Positions 38,657 to 49,699 of a DNA stretch of 64,000 nt are shown in pieces. The position numbers and the translations under genes are program-made. Source of the DNA: Eledone cirrhosa (taxonomy: Eukaryota); the NCBI GenBank assembly GCA_964016885.1, contig OZ024756.1, positions 27,528,001-27,592,000 of the forward strand, given 5' to 3'. Every line of letters begins with the position of its first letter. The first letter of the stretch is position 1. The notes below the pieces were generated by a model. That model had not been told where the DNA came from and did no database searches. It saw nothing but the letters and a program-made list of their open reading frames with translations.

Positions 38657-40374
38657 ATCATCATCATCACTGATTTATGTCCATTTCTCCAATGGGTTAA
38701 GGTATTCTCAAAATAAATAACATCATCAATGTTGTAGATTCCATATACTGTGAGATAAAGCCTTTACCATGAAAATATAATAGTAATGAGACTACTAAAG
38801 GGTTAACAACATGGTCTTTATTTTCCAGTATATTGCCCAGATGGCAAATGCCTTACAATACTGCCATGAAAAGAAAGTGATTCACAGGGACATTAAACCA
38901 GAAAACATTCTACTGGGTTTGAAAGGTGAATTAAAGATTGCAGATTTTGGTTGGTCTGTCCACGCCCCAACTTCAAGGTAATTGTTTTCAGATTCTATAC
39001 GCTGTTGATTTCATTGGCATGGTGGTACGACTTGTCTTCTAAACAGATACAACTAATCATCATCGTTTTAACATCTTATCTTCCACACTAGCATGGGTTA
39101 GACAGGAATTGTCCCACTTGAGGCAAGATTGGTCGAGTGACCGTGTCTCGTTCATATAGGACTATCTGGCAGGTTTTCTACGGCTGGTTGCCCTTCCTAA
39201 CACTGGCTGTATCTGGCTAGAATTCTTTCTGTTCAAATCGGCTGTGACCGGCTGCTCATACTTATGTTAAGGTATTGTTCTCAAAATAAATAAGTGTTTC
39301 TACTTTTGACACAAGGCCAGCAATTATCCAAGTGCATTATTGGTACTTCATTTTATCGACCCCCGTAAGGATGAAAGGCAAAGTTAACCTCGCCAGGGAT
39401 TTGAACTCAGAAAGTAAAGGGCTATGCTGCAAGGCGTGTTGTCTGACACTCTACCAATACTCCCAATCCACTGCCCTTCTCAAAATAAATAGTATCAAAA
39501 TCTCATGGTTTCGATATAATGTGAGGTAAAGTATTTACTATGAAAACAATAGTAAATATAGAGTAATGTAAATATTAAAGGGTTATTGTATGGTTGCAAA
39601 TCTTTGCAGTTGAACAACTGGTGCTGTTATATGTTCTCTTGATTGACTCATCAGCCATAAATATGGCCAGATATAGGCACAGACAAATAAGGGGAGATAG
39701 ACAGACAGATAAAGGGAGATGTATATGCAGACACAGACAAATAAGAGGAGAGAGAGATAGACAAAGGAAGAACCAAATGGACTAACAAAGGAAGAACCAA
39801 ATGGACTGCAAAACTTTGGTTTCTTTTAGTAGCACTTGTGTTTCATGTTTTTAACTGAAAACAGTGTCCTGGAGATTGGTGGTAGGCTTCTAAGTCACTA
39901 CAGCTTACCTGCTCCTGACAGGAGTGTCCAGAGGTCAACGTCTACAGAGCTCCGCGAGACGAGTTACGAAATCTGATTCTCCCATGGTCAATTGTATGTA
40001 GGATGCTCTAGGATGAGCTCGCCAAACAATCTCTTCATCTTTGCTCCAGAGGGCCGAACAAATAATATTGTATACTCTGGGGCTCTAACAATGTAATTTA
40101 AATATTTTCTGTTACCTGGAATTTCCATTATGGTAGTACAAATTGTTTGTTAAAAAATTTCTCTGTTCAGCTTTTATTGTTGTAACTATTAATTTTCTTT
40201 AACGTACTGGCTGCTGAACTGGGGAATCCTAAAAACTATTCAAACCCAACATCAGAGCACGTTAACTTGAGAGGGTGTGCGGTATCTTTGCACTGGAGTG
40301 GAGAGGGGATTCCTGAAAAGATAAAATGCTGGTATACCTAGCTGGGCGCCAGACAGTGTATGTATGTATGTATG

Positions 40375-40411
<37 letters not shown>

Positions 40412-43041
40412 AGGCGCATGGCTTTGTGGTTAGAACATTGGCTTTGCAATCGAAAGGTTGTGAGTTCAATTCTCAGACCGGGTGATGTTGTTTCCTTGAG
40501 CAAGGCACTTTATTTCACATTGCTCTAGTTTACTCAGCTGTAGAAATGAGATGATAGGACTGAGGTCCATATCATTCCACTGCAAAGTGGTCGTGGAGGT
40601 GCCACAGCAAAAAAGTACCCAGCCCACACTATAAAGTGGACATGTAGGCGCCATGAAAATAAGCACCCAGCACCCACTGTAAATGAAGTTGGGGTTAGGA
40701 AGGGCATCCAGCTGTAGAAATCAAGCCAGAATCAGTTCCCATCCCACCCTTGCAAGCAGGGAAAAGCGGACGTAAAATGATGATAAATAAATAAACATCA
40801 AAAGAAGAAAATTGACAATTTTTCAACTTATCTTATTCTTTCTCTATCAAATAATCAGCCCAATCTAAAGTTTTAAAAGATTGTGCATGTTTGTTTGCTA
40901 GGAAATCACAATTAACTAACCTGTTATTTATATGATCAATTTTCCGTTGCAAATATTAACAGCCATCATCATCATCATCATCATTTTACGTCCGCTTTTC
41001 TCTGCTTGCAAGGGTGGGACGGGAACTGATTCTGGCTTGATTTCTACAGCTGGATGCCCTTCCTAACACCAACCTCATTTACAGTGAGTGCTGGGTGCTT
41101 TTTTGCCGTGGCACCTCCACGACCACTTTGCAGTGGAATGATATGGACCCCAGTCCCTATCATCTCATTTCTACAGCTGAGTAAACTGGAGCAATGTGAA
41201 ATAAAGTGTCTTGCTCAAGGAAACAACACATCACCTGGTCTGAGAATTGAACTCACAACCTTTCGATTGCAAGGCCAATGCTCTAACCACTAAGCCATGT
41301 GCCTCCATAAGGCTATATAAATACAAACTGGCATTGGTACATATTAGTTCTTTCGTTGTTGGTATTGTATGGTTGGGTTTTGCCTACTGCAATTTTCAAA
41401 TATGTCAAGCTTTTTAAACGTAATGTTATTACACTCAGGACCTACCCTTATTGAGTGCTTTGCTACTCATTCCTTATTGTAGGTCGACTTTGCTTGGCCA
41501 CATCCAAAGCTTCGATTTTACTAAGCTTCCACTTGTGTGTGTGTATATCTCATTTCTACAGCTGAGTAAACTGGAGCAATGTGAAATAAAGTGTTTTGCT
41601 CAAGGAAAAAAACACATCACCCGGTCTGAGAATTGAACTCACAACCTTTCGATTGCAAGGCCAATACTCTAAGCCATGTGCCCCTCTCTCTCTCTCTCAG
41701 TATGGTGGGACATATATTTATAGCCATGTCAGTAGAATGAACTCCGATTACATTTATTGTATTCAGCTATGTAGAATGAAAATTTTAATTTCTTTATTTG
41801 AATGGCAAAGCCAGCCATTTATCGCTTGTATACAGTAAACTGACTGGCCAGTCTGCTGATAGGCAGATCTGACTGATCAGCCAGTCTGCTAATATGCAAA
41901 TCAGGCCAATCAGTCACTGTATATTTTAGAAAATAGCATATATTTTCACTAGCGTTGACAGTTGACAGTTGAACAGTGAGCTGTACTGATGACGGGAAAC
42001 ATTAGTGTCTGCAGTTCTGTTTACATGCCAACACAAGAGCAAGAATGAAGAGTTCATTCTACTGACATGGCTATAAAAATGAGGCTTGTTTGCATAATTG
42101 CAAACAAATCAAATGTTATTAATAATATTCGAAAAACTCTGATTACATTTATTGTATTCAGCCATGTAGTGAAAATTTTCTTTTTTTATAGTTTTATAGT
42201 TATATTTATATTTTATATATTTAATCTTTTTTTATTTTTTTTTATAGGCGCACTACACTATGTGGGACCCTTGACTACTTGCCACCAGAAATGATTGAAA
42301 ATCGGCCACATGATGATACGGTTGATTTGTGGAGTCTTGGTGTTTTATGCTATGAATTTCTTGTTGGTAGGCCACCGTTTGAGGCTGATGGCCACACTGA
42401 AACCTATCGAAGAATAACTAAAGTTATTTATACTTTCCCTAAACATGTGTCTGAAGATGCTGCTGACTTAATAAAGAGGGTATGTCTTCATTTGTGAGAA
42501 GATTTTTGTTGTAGTTGTTAGTGAAATGGTAAATAGTTTGTGTAGTTGTGAAGTGGGAAATGTTTGTTGTAGTTGTGTGATGGAAGATGTTTGTAAGTGT
42601 TGTTTGTTGGAGTTGTGTGGTGGAAGGTGGTGTTTGTAAGTGTTGTTTGTTGGAGTTGTGATGAGATGGAAGGTGTTTGAGTTAGAGAAAGATGGGTTTG
42701 TTTCTGGTACTTTTTGTGCTGAAAGTGATGGGGGCATGATGTAGGTAAAATGAGAGCAGGCTGTTCTATATTTTGATGTGGTTTCAGTTTTGTGTTGCTA
42801 ACTAAGGCCATAGATTGTGAAATATTTGAATACTACTGCTTTTAAGATATTCCACATATAATTTTTATTTTTTATTTTTTTTTTTTTATTATTATTTTTT
42901 TTTTTTTTTTTTTTTTTTTAGCTGTTGCGGTTTGAACCAACTCAGAGACTGTCTTTGCAAGGAGTCCTTAGCCATCCTTGGATCATGAAGAATTGTAATG
43001 TTTCCATCCCAATAATTCCTCCCTCAGCAGAAACTAAATAA
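20384..43041 (+). CDS. AURKA: Aurora kinase, spliced CDS join(20384..20559,23188..23296,23655..23734,29024..29162,38829..38977,42248..42479,42922..43041), 334 aa
   Basis: All introns are GT-AG with matching phases (2,0,2,0,2,0); exon lengths sum to 1005 nt. Motifs: [80 protein letters not shown]-terminal RxxL. Family call is secure; the A versus B/C label is approximate. Confidence 0.95.
21779..22109 (+). mobile_element. tRNA-derived CORE-type SINE with RTE-like (GAT)n tail
   Basis: A-box TGGCTTAGTGATT, B-box GTTCAATTC, CCTTGAGCAAGACACTT core, tail ggaagggcatccagctgtagaaa...gatgatgat. Copies at 40410-40784 (+), 40964-41306 (-), partials near 29725, 41547, 48845. Confidence 0.85.
22500..23158 (-). 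mobile_element. 5'-truncated retroposon 3' region with an internal ~43 bp tandem expansion
   Basis: Colinear with 35333-35690; unit gtgacacctacacgaccactctacagtgtggactgggtgctttttgtc repeated about 8 times. Confidence 0.75.
23188..23296 (+). CDS. AURKA: Aurora kinase coding exon 2 ([36 protein letters not shown])
   Basis: Polypyrimidine tract plus TAG acceptor; AAG|GTGAGT donor; Gly-rich loop and VALK lysine. Confidence 0.97.
23463..23614. mobile_element. piggyBac-type MITE (copies at 29384-29578, 38208-38397, 38696-38802, 39204-39582, 43734-45869; partial at 34320-34436)
   Basis: CCCTTTAGCATTTA-like TIRs at TTAA sites and a shared body (gagaacaataccttaacatcagtatgag). Confidence 0.85.
23655..23734 (+). 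CDS. AURKA: Aurora kinase coding exon 3 ([27 protein letters not shown])
   Basis: ttgcag acceptor, AG|GTGAGT donor; Aurora alphaB/alphaC sequence; not in the ORF track. Confidence 0.97.
25877..27324 (+). mobile_element. Internally deleted piggyBac-like transposon
   Basis: TTAA on both sides, perfect 14-bp TIR CCCTTTAGCATTCA/TGAATGCTAAAGGG, transposase remnant inside. Confidence 0.92.
26104..26800 (+). pseudogene. piggyBac transposase N-terminal remnant (frameshifted, catalytic core missing)
   Basis: Acidic N-terminus, then [44 protein letters not shown]; breaks off at ELSV just before the first catalytic Asp. Confidence 0.85.
28332..28475. mobile_element. hAT MITE (related copies at 52365-52654 and about 7010-7188)
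   Basis: CAAGCATGGGCAA / TTGCCCATGACTG TIRs with perfect 8-bp TSD TTCTAGAA; the 52365 copy has flanks cgctatgc/ctctatgc. Confidence 0.85.
29024..29162 (+). CDS. AURKA: Aurora kinase coding exon 4 ([46 protein letters not shown])
   Basis: ttgcag acceptor, ACG|GTATGT donor; hinge region. Confidence 0.97.
30480..31545 (-). pseudogene. Helitron PIF1-like helicase remnant
   Basis: PGGTGK Walker A near 31520-31537, [60 protein letters not shown]; frameshifts and stops. Confidence 0.9.
31548..32282 (-). pseudogene. Helitron RepHel N-terminus (charged repeats plus Cys motif)
   Basis: MPPKKRS..., ES..QR..RL repeats, IGEM...CQFC.A.KW.GE...MCC.NGKV.LP.L..PPEPL..LL. Confidence 0.85.
33985..34315. repeat. 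~36-44 bp tandem repeat (ttgttaaaccctatactgcagggagagaaggcactc)
   Basis: About 8 imperfect copies. Confidence 0.8.
35333..36909 (-). mobile_element. 5'-truncated RTE-clade LINE (RT plus Cys-rich insert plus 3' UTR)
   Basis: [84 protein letters not shown]; frameshifted; ends in a (GAT)n tail. Confidence 0.92.
36947..37215 (-). mobile_element. 3' fragment of a second RTE family
   Basis: YYGHVVRM...[16 protein letters not shown]; homologous to 52910-53165. Confidence 0.8.
37723..38149 (+). mobile_element. Candidate solo LTR
   Basis: About 430 bp of unique sequence interrupting a TA/minisatellite tract; TGTAGCA start, TGTTATA end (degenerate TG..CA), TATATAAA near 37839, AGTAAA near 38073. Confidence 0.45.
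38829..38977 (+). CDS. AURKA: Aurora kinase coding exon 5 ([50 protein letters not shown])
   Basis: ttttccag acceptor, AG|GTAATT donor; HRD and DFG motifs; not in the ORF track. Confidence 0.97.
42248..42479 (+). CDS. AURKA: Aurora kinase coding exon 6 ([17 protein letters not shown]...DAADLIKR)
   Basis: Long U-rich tract plus TAG acceptor, AGG|GTATGT donor; activation loop and DLWSLGVL. Confidence 0.97.
42922..43041 (+). CDS. AURKA: Aurora kinase last coding exon ([39 protein letters not shown])
   Basis: Poly-T plus AG acceptor; RxxL and HPW motifs; TAA at 43039-43041. Confidence 0.95.
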   Translation: MLRFEPTQRLSLQGVLSHPWIMKNCNVSIPIIPPSAETK

Positions 43042-43683
43042 TATTTGATCATCTATTTAGCTTGCCCTTCCTTTCCTCCTTGCTGCTTCCTGCTGCAATT
43101 CCAAGTAAACCCAATGGTAACTTGTCATAGGGAAACAGCAGTAACAACAAAGACTTTTAAAAAAAAACAAAAAACAAACCCTGGTGACGAGGGAAAACGG
43201 GCCAGATCACACCATTTCCCTTCTCTATGTCACCATATCTTACTGTTCTGCTTTTCTCCTTTGTACGATTTTAAAAGTTTTCTTTCTCTCGCTTTCTCTC
43301 TATTTCATTGCCTGGTAATATGTGTATGTTTAAATAATGTATATATGTTTGTTTAAATAGGTGGCAGTTTTCGTATGTTTGTAACAAATGCTGCGATTGT
43401 GATAGTGTGTGTATCTCTGTGTGTGTATGTATGTATTTGTTTCTCTGTAAATTCATTCGCACATACCTGTGTACTGACAGATATTGTAAATATGTATTTT
43501 GACATCTGATGTGCCTTTTTCACCTTACAACCAATCTTCTCTATTCAGTGTGTGTGTTTGTGTTATATGTAGTTACACCTGAGGTAGTGTGATGAGTCTG
43601 TCAACTGAACACAGGTATTAAATTTAATTTAAACAAAACCTATACAATGTAAGAAATGACCCCTCCAAAAAGATTTAAATTGT

Positions 43684-43689
43684 AATAAA
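43684..43689 (+). terminator. Candidate Aurora polyadenylation signal
   Basis: AATAAA about 640 nt after the stop, followed by a U/GU-rich tract near 43716-43731; alternative ATTAAA at 43617. Confidence 0.65.
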
Positions 43690-43849
43690 CGAAAAGAACC
43701 AAAATGAAAAGAAGCTTGTTTTTGTTGTTTTAACTCTTTAGCATTTACATTACTCTATATATATACTAGTGTATTTTTGTGGTAAAGGCTTTATCTCACA
43801 TATCGAATGTGATTTTGATATTATTTATTTTGAGAACAATACCTTAACG

Positions 43850-45784
43850 CAGTGGCGTAGCTAGGGTAAATGGCGCCCAGAGCCAGCATCAAAATTGCCC
43901 CCTCTCCACACTCAAAAGGGTGAGGTCAGTCAGCCGTTGGCCCATTGAGGTTGTTCGCAAATACGAATGTATTAGCTTCAGCTTGCTGAACGACCTCTCG
44001 TAACTGGCAATTGAAATAGAAATCGTCAACATTATTTGAATGCTGATTCGCAAATTGGGAAAAACACATTCATCGCCGTATTGTATGATGAATTGGAGAA
44101 GTGCCTCCGGCTTTAAAATTGGGTCAGCTGTCCTAGTAGCCAGCAAAGATCGGCAGTCCAAGATTTCCTCATACAATTGCTCTCCGTCGATGTCGGAGTT
44201 GTATAGTTCCGCAAGACTGTTGAACCTTTGTTTAAGGACAAGGTTATCAGGAGCAGACAAATAAAACAGATAGTTGACATCAAGAAGAAAGCCAAAACTT
44301 GAGTCGGTTTCCTTAAGTCGAATAAACCGTTCTTCCATTTCTGTTTGAAGACGATTGAGTGAACTTTGCATTGCTTTCTCTATCTCTTTTCTGGCTGCCA
44401 CCTCGACGTCCTCAGTAATTTCGGTATTGGTTTGTCGTCTTCCTCGCCTCCTCGGAAAATCGACATTCCATTTCTGGCAGAGGTCGAAGCCCATTTCAAG
44501 AGACTCGTGGTTTAAGGATGTTCCTTCTTTTTTAAAATAAAGTTGAAGGGCTCCTATATCAGCTGCAGCATCGTGAAAATTCATTCTTGGATCTTGAAGT
44601 CTCTTTTGAACCCGGTCAATTCGTGAGAGAATCATGTTCCAGAATCCAATCAAGTTCAGGAATTCATAACTCAGTATCCGATTATGGAGATTACTGGCAT
44701 CACTTCTACTCACGCATGTCTCTGTTTCATCATCATTAATTTTTTCGAGACCTTGAACAATCAGCGTCAAATAATTTGCCACCGGTCTGACTGCGGTACA
44801 TCTAGCACTACACCGCGTGTCGGAGGGATATTTAACAACCACTGGAGCAACTTCTTTAAGGGCTTCCCATCGTCGTGTTGAACGAGAAAAAAAGTTGTAT
44901 AACGAGTCAATGCAACTGAAAAAGTTCATCATAGCAGAATCGTTTTTGGCTGCATGAAGACCAGCCAGATTAAGTGAATGGTTATCGCAATTAACGAAGT
45001 GAATCAAATTCTTCTTCTCTCATTCTCTGCTGAACCCTACTCCCTACTGCGGTGCCCAGCCATTATGGCAGCATTGTCGTAGCACTGCGATCGACAGTTC
45101 TGGAGTGGTAGGTCATCTTTTTCTAGCTCTTTCACGATTGTTTCTTTTTTGATTACTTGATTGAATCCAACAAAAGATTCCCTCACAACGGCCGTCTTCA
45201 TATTGAAATCAACATTGACATATCGCACAACTTTTGACAGTTGTTCTCGGTGCGCGTGGTCGGGGGCCGAATCAATCAGCAGACCATAGTATCTTGTTTT
45301 TTGGATACGATTTAGTAAATTCTGACGAACTGTATTATAGAAGAAACAATGAACCATCTAAACTGGAGTCAAATTGAATTCATAATAGAAGCTATCCGAT
45401 TCTATCTGGCCATTTGGATTATGATTCCTTTTCTATACGTCTTATGTACCAGTTGTAAAAGACAAACTACTGTTTTGTAAACCAGCTTCATAATTATAAT
45501 TATCTTGTATTGGTCATTGCAATGGATTGCTAAAAATATGCCTGCGTGTCCACCAGTTGCACGTCCAAAACTACGTCCCTTCAGTCAGTGTGTGTGTGTG
45601 GGGGGGGGGGTCAAATCAGACATCTGCCTACTGGACTAGACATGGCGTGGAAGTCGGCTATCAAGAAATCACATGCTTCATTTTTGGCTTATATTTTTAA
45701 AAAGGATAAAAACGACATGGATGTAAATCAATCTAGGTCGAAATTGCGCCACCCGTGGCATGTGCCCTGCTTGCTACACCACTG
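43850..45784 (-). mobile_element. hAT transposon nested in a piggyBac MITE
   Basis: TIR CAGTGGCGTAGC / GCTACACCACTG (11/12), 8-bp TSD ccttaacg/ccttaaca; MITE halves on both sides. Confidence 0.9.
43889..45357 (-). pseudogene. hAT transposase remnant (two frames, deletions)
   Basis: LLIDSAPD..HREQLS.VVRYV, QCYDNAA.MAG, C.NHSLNL, SDTR(C for W), FPNL...LTI.IS.AS.ERSFSKLKLI dimerisation motif. Confidence 0.9.
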
Positions 45785-47347
45785 CCTTAACATCAGTATG
45801 AACGGCCAGTTACAACCAGTTTGAACAGAAAGAGATGGGAGAATTCTGGCCAGTTTAAATGCTAAAGGGTTAACCCTTTCATGATTGCATTTCTAATGAA
45901 ATATACTATTTTAATTAATTAATTAAAGAATTTGAGGGATTTACTAACCCTCTTGCGATCACATTTCTAATGAAATACGCTCTATTTAGAGTTACGCCCC
46001 TTTACAGTCTGAGTTTAAGTCCCGCCAAGATTAACTTTACGTTTCATTCTTACGGGGTCAATAAAATAAAGTACCAGTAATACACTGGGTAATTGCTGGC
46101 CTTGTGCCAACAGTAGAAACGATTATCAATATGTATGTGATACTAGTTGTTTCTCTACTACATATATGAAAGAGACTTTTTCGTATATCATTTAAATCCC
46201 GCCGTGGTCAACTTTGCCTTTCATCCTTTCGAGGTTGATTTAAAAAAAAAAAAAAAAAAAAAAAAGTACCAGTCCAATACTGAGGTCGATTCTTTCTCTA
46301 TAGAAAAAAATTGGCTGTGTTCAAACCTGGAAAGGTTTGGGCTCTACCAGGTTTAAATGTGCCCTAGTCACGCTGTATGACAGTGCCTCTACGACTCCAC
46401 AAGGGGTTATGGGATCTTTATCTACGGCAATTTCTATCTGTTTGTTTGTTTGAACCTAAAACTCAAAAACTACCAACCCTTCGGGTGGGTTTTCTGCTAG
46501 TTTCTTTAATAACACAATTGGCACAAATACATATTTTTGTGGTGAAATAGATGACACATTGGGTGATCCACTCGTAAAGCACTGCCATATATTGAAATTT
46601 TGCTCTAATGAAATTGACAGGGTATAAAGAAATTCGTTGTAACGAAAAATTGTTTATAACGAGATCGAGCGTATGGCCAGGGGTTGAAAACATTTTCGTT
46701 ATACTGAAAAATTTGCTGTAACGGAATTTTACCTGTATATTCGCTATAACGGAATTTTACCTATGGAGACAGATCTGCGTTTGATGTTATTCCAAAGACT
46801 TGTCTCCAGATGCCTTTATGATTCCCCTTAACCTTAGTGTGTCGGTAGGACTGGTTAAGAGGTGGTGGGAGGGGGTTTCCCCACCATTCATTATCGCCAT
46901 GTCTACTTGCCACGTCTAAATGGCATTTATGGTTCAACTAAACACTCTTGCGATATTAACACATTTTGAACTGCTTAACTTCAATGACTGTGCTTGTAAA
47001 TAACGTTAACTTTTCTTCCACATTGACTTTTTAAGTTCCACATTATGCACAGTTTTTTTTCTTTTTTCTTTTCACGTCTTAAACCTTGTTTGTATATAAC
47101 ATTCTTTCTGCACCTTCCGTTTAACATGTGCGACACCACACTAATACATTTCACTATCATTTGATAATATAAATAGATAAATAAATGCCATTGTTAAATA
47201 ATAAATAAATCAACTAATACCTTCACACAAAGTAAAACATTTCGTTTTAATCATTTTCTAACCCAGAAAAGAGAGAGAGAGACACAAAAATAAAAAAAAG
47301 GAAAAAAAAAGAATTTTTCTTCCTCATAATCGTCTCTTGATCCCTGT

Positions 47348-47410
<63 letters not shown>

Positions 47411-47560
47411 TGGTATTATAAAGATATTTTCCATTTATTAATATTGTTAATATCGCGCACGCACACACAGACACACAGAGAGAGAGAGAGACAGAGCTTA
47501 TATTTATATATATGATTTTTTGCTTTTAAAATCCAAATTCAATAAACAGACCAGGGCTTT

Positions 47561-47620
47561 TTCACTCTGATGATCGAAAGCAAATTTTTTTGCTTTTAAG
47601 AAACCACTGGTAAATGGAAT
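47561..47620 (+). ncRNA. Degenerate type I hammerhead-like motif
   Basis: ttcact-CTGATGA-..aaagcaaa/tttgcttt..-GAAAC-cactg-GTA-aatggaa; stems imperfect. Confidence 0.4.
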
Positions 47621-48948
47621 GATTGCCTTATATTGTTTATTACATAACTATATATATATATATCAATTTAGAATAAGTCATTTTGAAATCCAATGGCAGA
47701 TAAAGGTAGACGAAGAAGTTGTTACAGTTTGAAATATAAGATTTATTTCAGTAAACTATTCTGAAGGCTATATAATTAAATGTAAACATTTTCTCGGTAT
47801 GGTAAACTGATATACGAAATAATTTGTAGCGGTAATAATTGTTTCTACTTTTGGCACAAGGCCAGCAAATACCCAGTGTCTTACTGGTACTTTATTTTAT
47901 CGACCCCGTAAGGATGAAAGGCAAAGTTAACCTCGGCAGGATTTGAACTCAGTTCTTATGTGTTTTATTAATTTTGATTCGCAGTGGATTGGCAGTATCG
48001 GTAGAGGATCGGACACCATGCTTTTCAGCATAGAGTTACGGCCCTTTATGATCTGAGTTCAAATCCCGCTTTGCCTTTCAGCCTTACGGGGTCGATAAAA
48101 TAAAGTACCAGTAATGCACTGGGGAATTTGCTGGCCTTGTACCAAAAGTAGAAACGATTAATTGTGATGAATCCAATTATTGAATTATTTATTTTAATTA
48201 ACTAGGCGGTGAATTGGCAGAGTCGTTAGAACGTTGGATAGAATGATTTATGGTATTTGTTCCGGCTCTTTGTCTAGTACTGTTGTTGGTTCTTCCTCTA
48301 TATCTCTTTCTATCTTTCTCTGGAAGCTATCTGCTGTAGTCAGGCCGGGAGAGGGATGGGCTCCGCCAGGCTTTAAAATAGCCAAGAAACGCTGTATATC
48401 AATATGGTGACCCTGTGACTCTATCAGGAGTTACGCGACCATCCATATGTACGTACGTACGTACTTAATTAATTAATTAAGTAATTAAGTTTATATCCTG
48501 TAAGATTAGAAGAAACGTGCGTCAATTAAAATATGATATAGTTAACAATATTTGGTTAATTAGAGAGAAAGAGAGAGCAAAGATAGAAATATATTTACAA
48601 ATCTCAAATGTATGTAGAGAATTATATATGATAATATATAAATAGTTTCAGAACTAGTTTCAACGTGTTTACATATCATTGATCTGAAGAAAAGGTTGAT
48701 GTTTTTTTTTAAGGAGAAAAGGTTGGAAAGCTAGATGTAAAGACGGGAGTCGATCGACTTTCGTCAAATCGGACCGAGGAAACAATGTTTCCGTTGGTCT
48801 TTCCAGTTGCTAGTACTATCTATCGGTCGCAACTCCGGGTAGAAGGAGCAGCGTGAAATAAAGTGTCTTGCTCAAGGACATAACGCATTGCCCGGTCCGG
48901 GAATCGAACTGACAGCCTCACGATTGCGAATCCCATTCTCTAACTAGT

Positions 48949-49699
48949 ATATGACTAGTCTCTGTCTACAGTTGTATGCCGTCTATGACTTGTCTGTGTC
49001 TACGGTTGTATGCCGTCTATGACTAGTCTCTGTCTACAGTTGTATGCCGTCTATGACTTGTCTCTGTCTACGGTTGTATGCCGTCTATGACTAGTCTCTG
49101 TCTACGGTTGTATGTCGTCTATGACTAGTCTCTGTCTACAGTTGTATGCCGTCTATGACTAGTCTCTGTCTACGGTTGTATGCCGTGTATGACTAGTCCG
49201 TGTCTACAGTTGTATGCCATTTATGACTTGTCACTCTCTACGGTTGTATGCCGTCTATGACTTGTTTGTGTCTACGGTTGTATGCCGTGTATGACTAGTC
49301 TCTGTCTACGGTTGTATGCCGTCTATGACTTGTCTGTGTCTACGGTTGTATGCCGTGTATGACTAGTCTGTGTCTACGGTTGTATGCCGTCTATGACTAG
49401 TCTGTCTACGGTTGTATGCCGTCTATGACTAGTCTCTGTCTACAGTTGTATGCCGTGTATGACTTGTCTGTGTTTACGGTTGTATGCCGTGTATGACTAG
49501 TCTGTGTCTACGGTTGTATGCCGTCTATGACTTGTCTGTGTCTACGGTTGTATGCCGTGTATGACTTGTCTGTGTCTACGGTTGTATGCCGTCTATGACT
49601 AGTCTGTGTCTACGGTTGTATGCCGTCTATGACTTGTCTGTGTCTACGGTTGTATGCCGTTTATGACTAGTCTCTGTCTACAGTTGTATGCTGTCTATG
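48949..49699. repeat. 34-bp minisatellite, about 22 copies
   Basis: Unit atgactagtctctgtctacggttgtatgccgtct; starts at 48951, 48985, 49019 and so on. Confidence 0.95.

Noticed and set aside
48949-49699. Regular 34-bp array as a CRISPR-like locus
   Set aside because: Head-to-tail units with no unique spacers, no cas genes, eukaryotic context.
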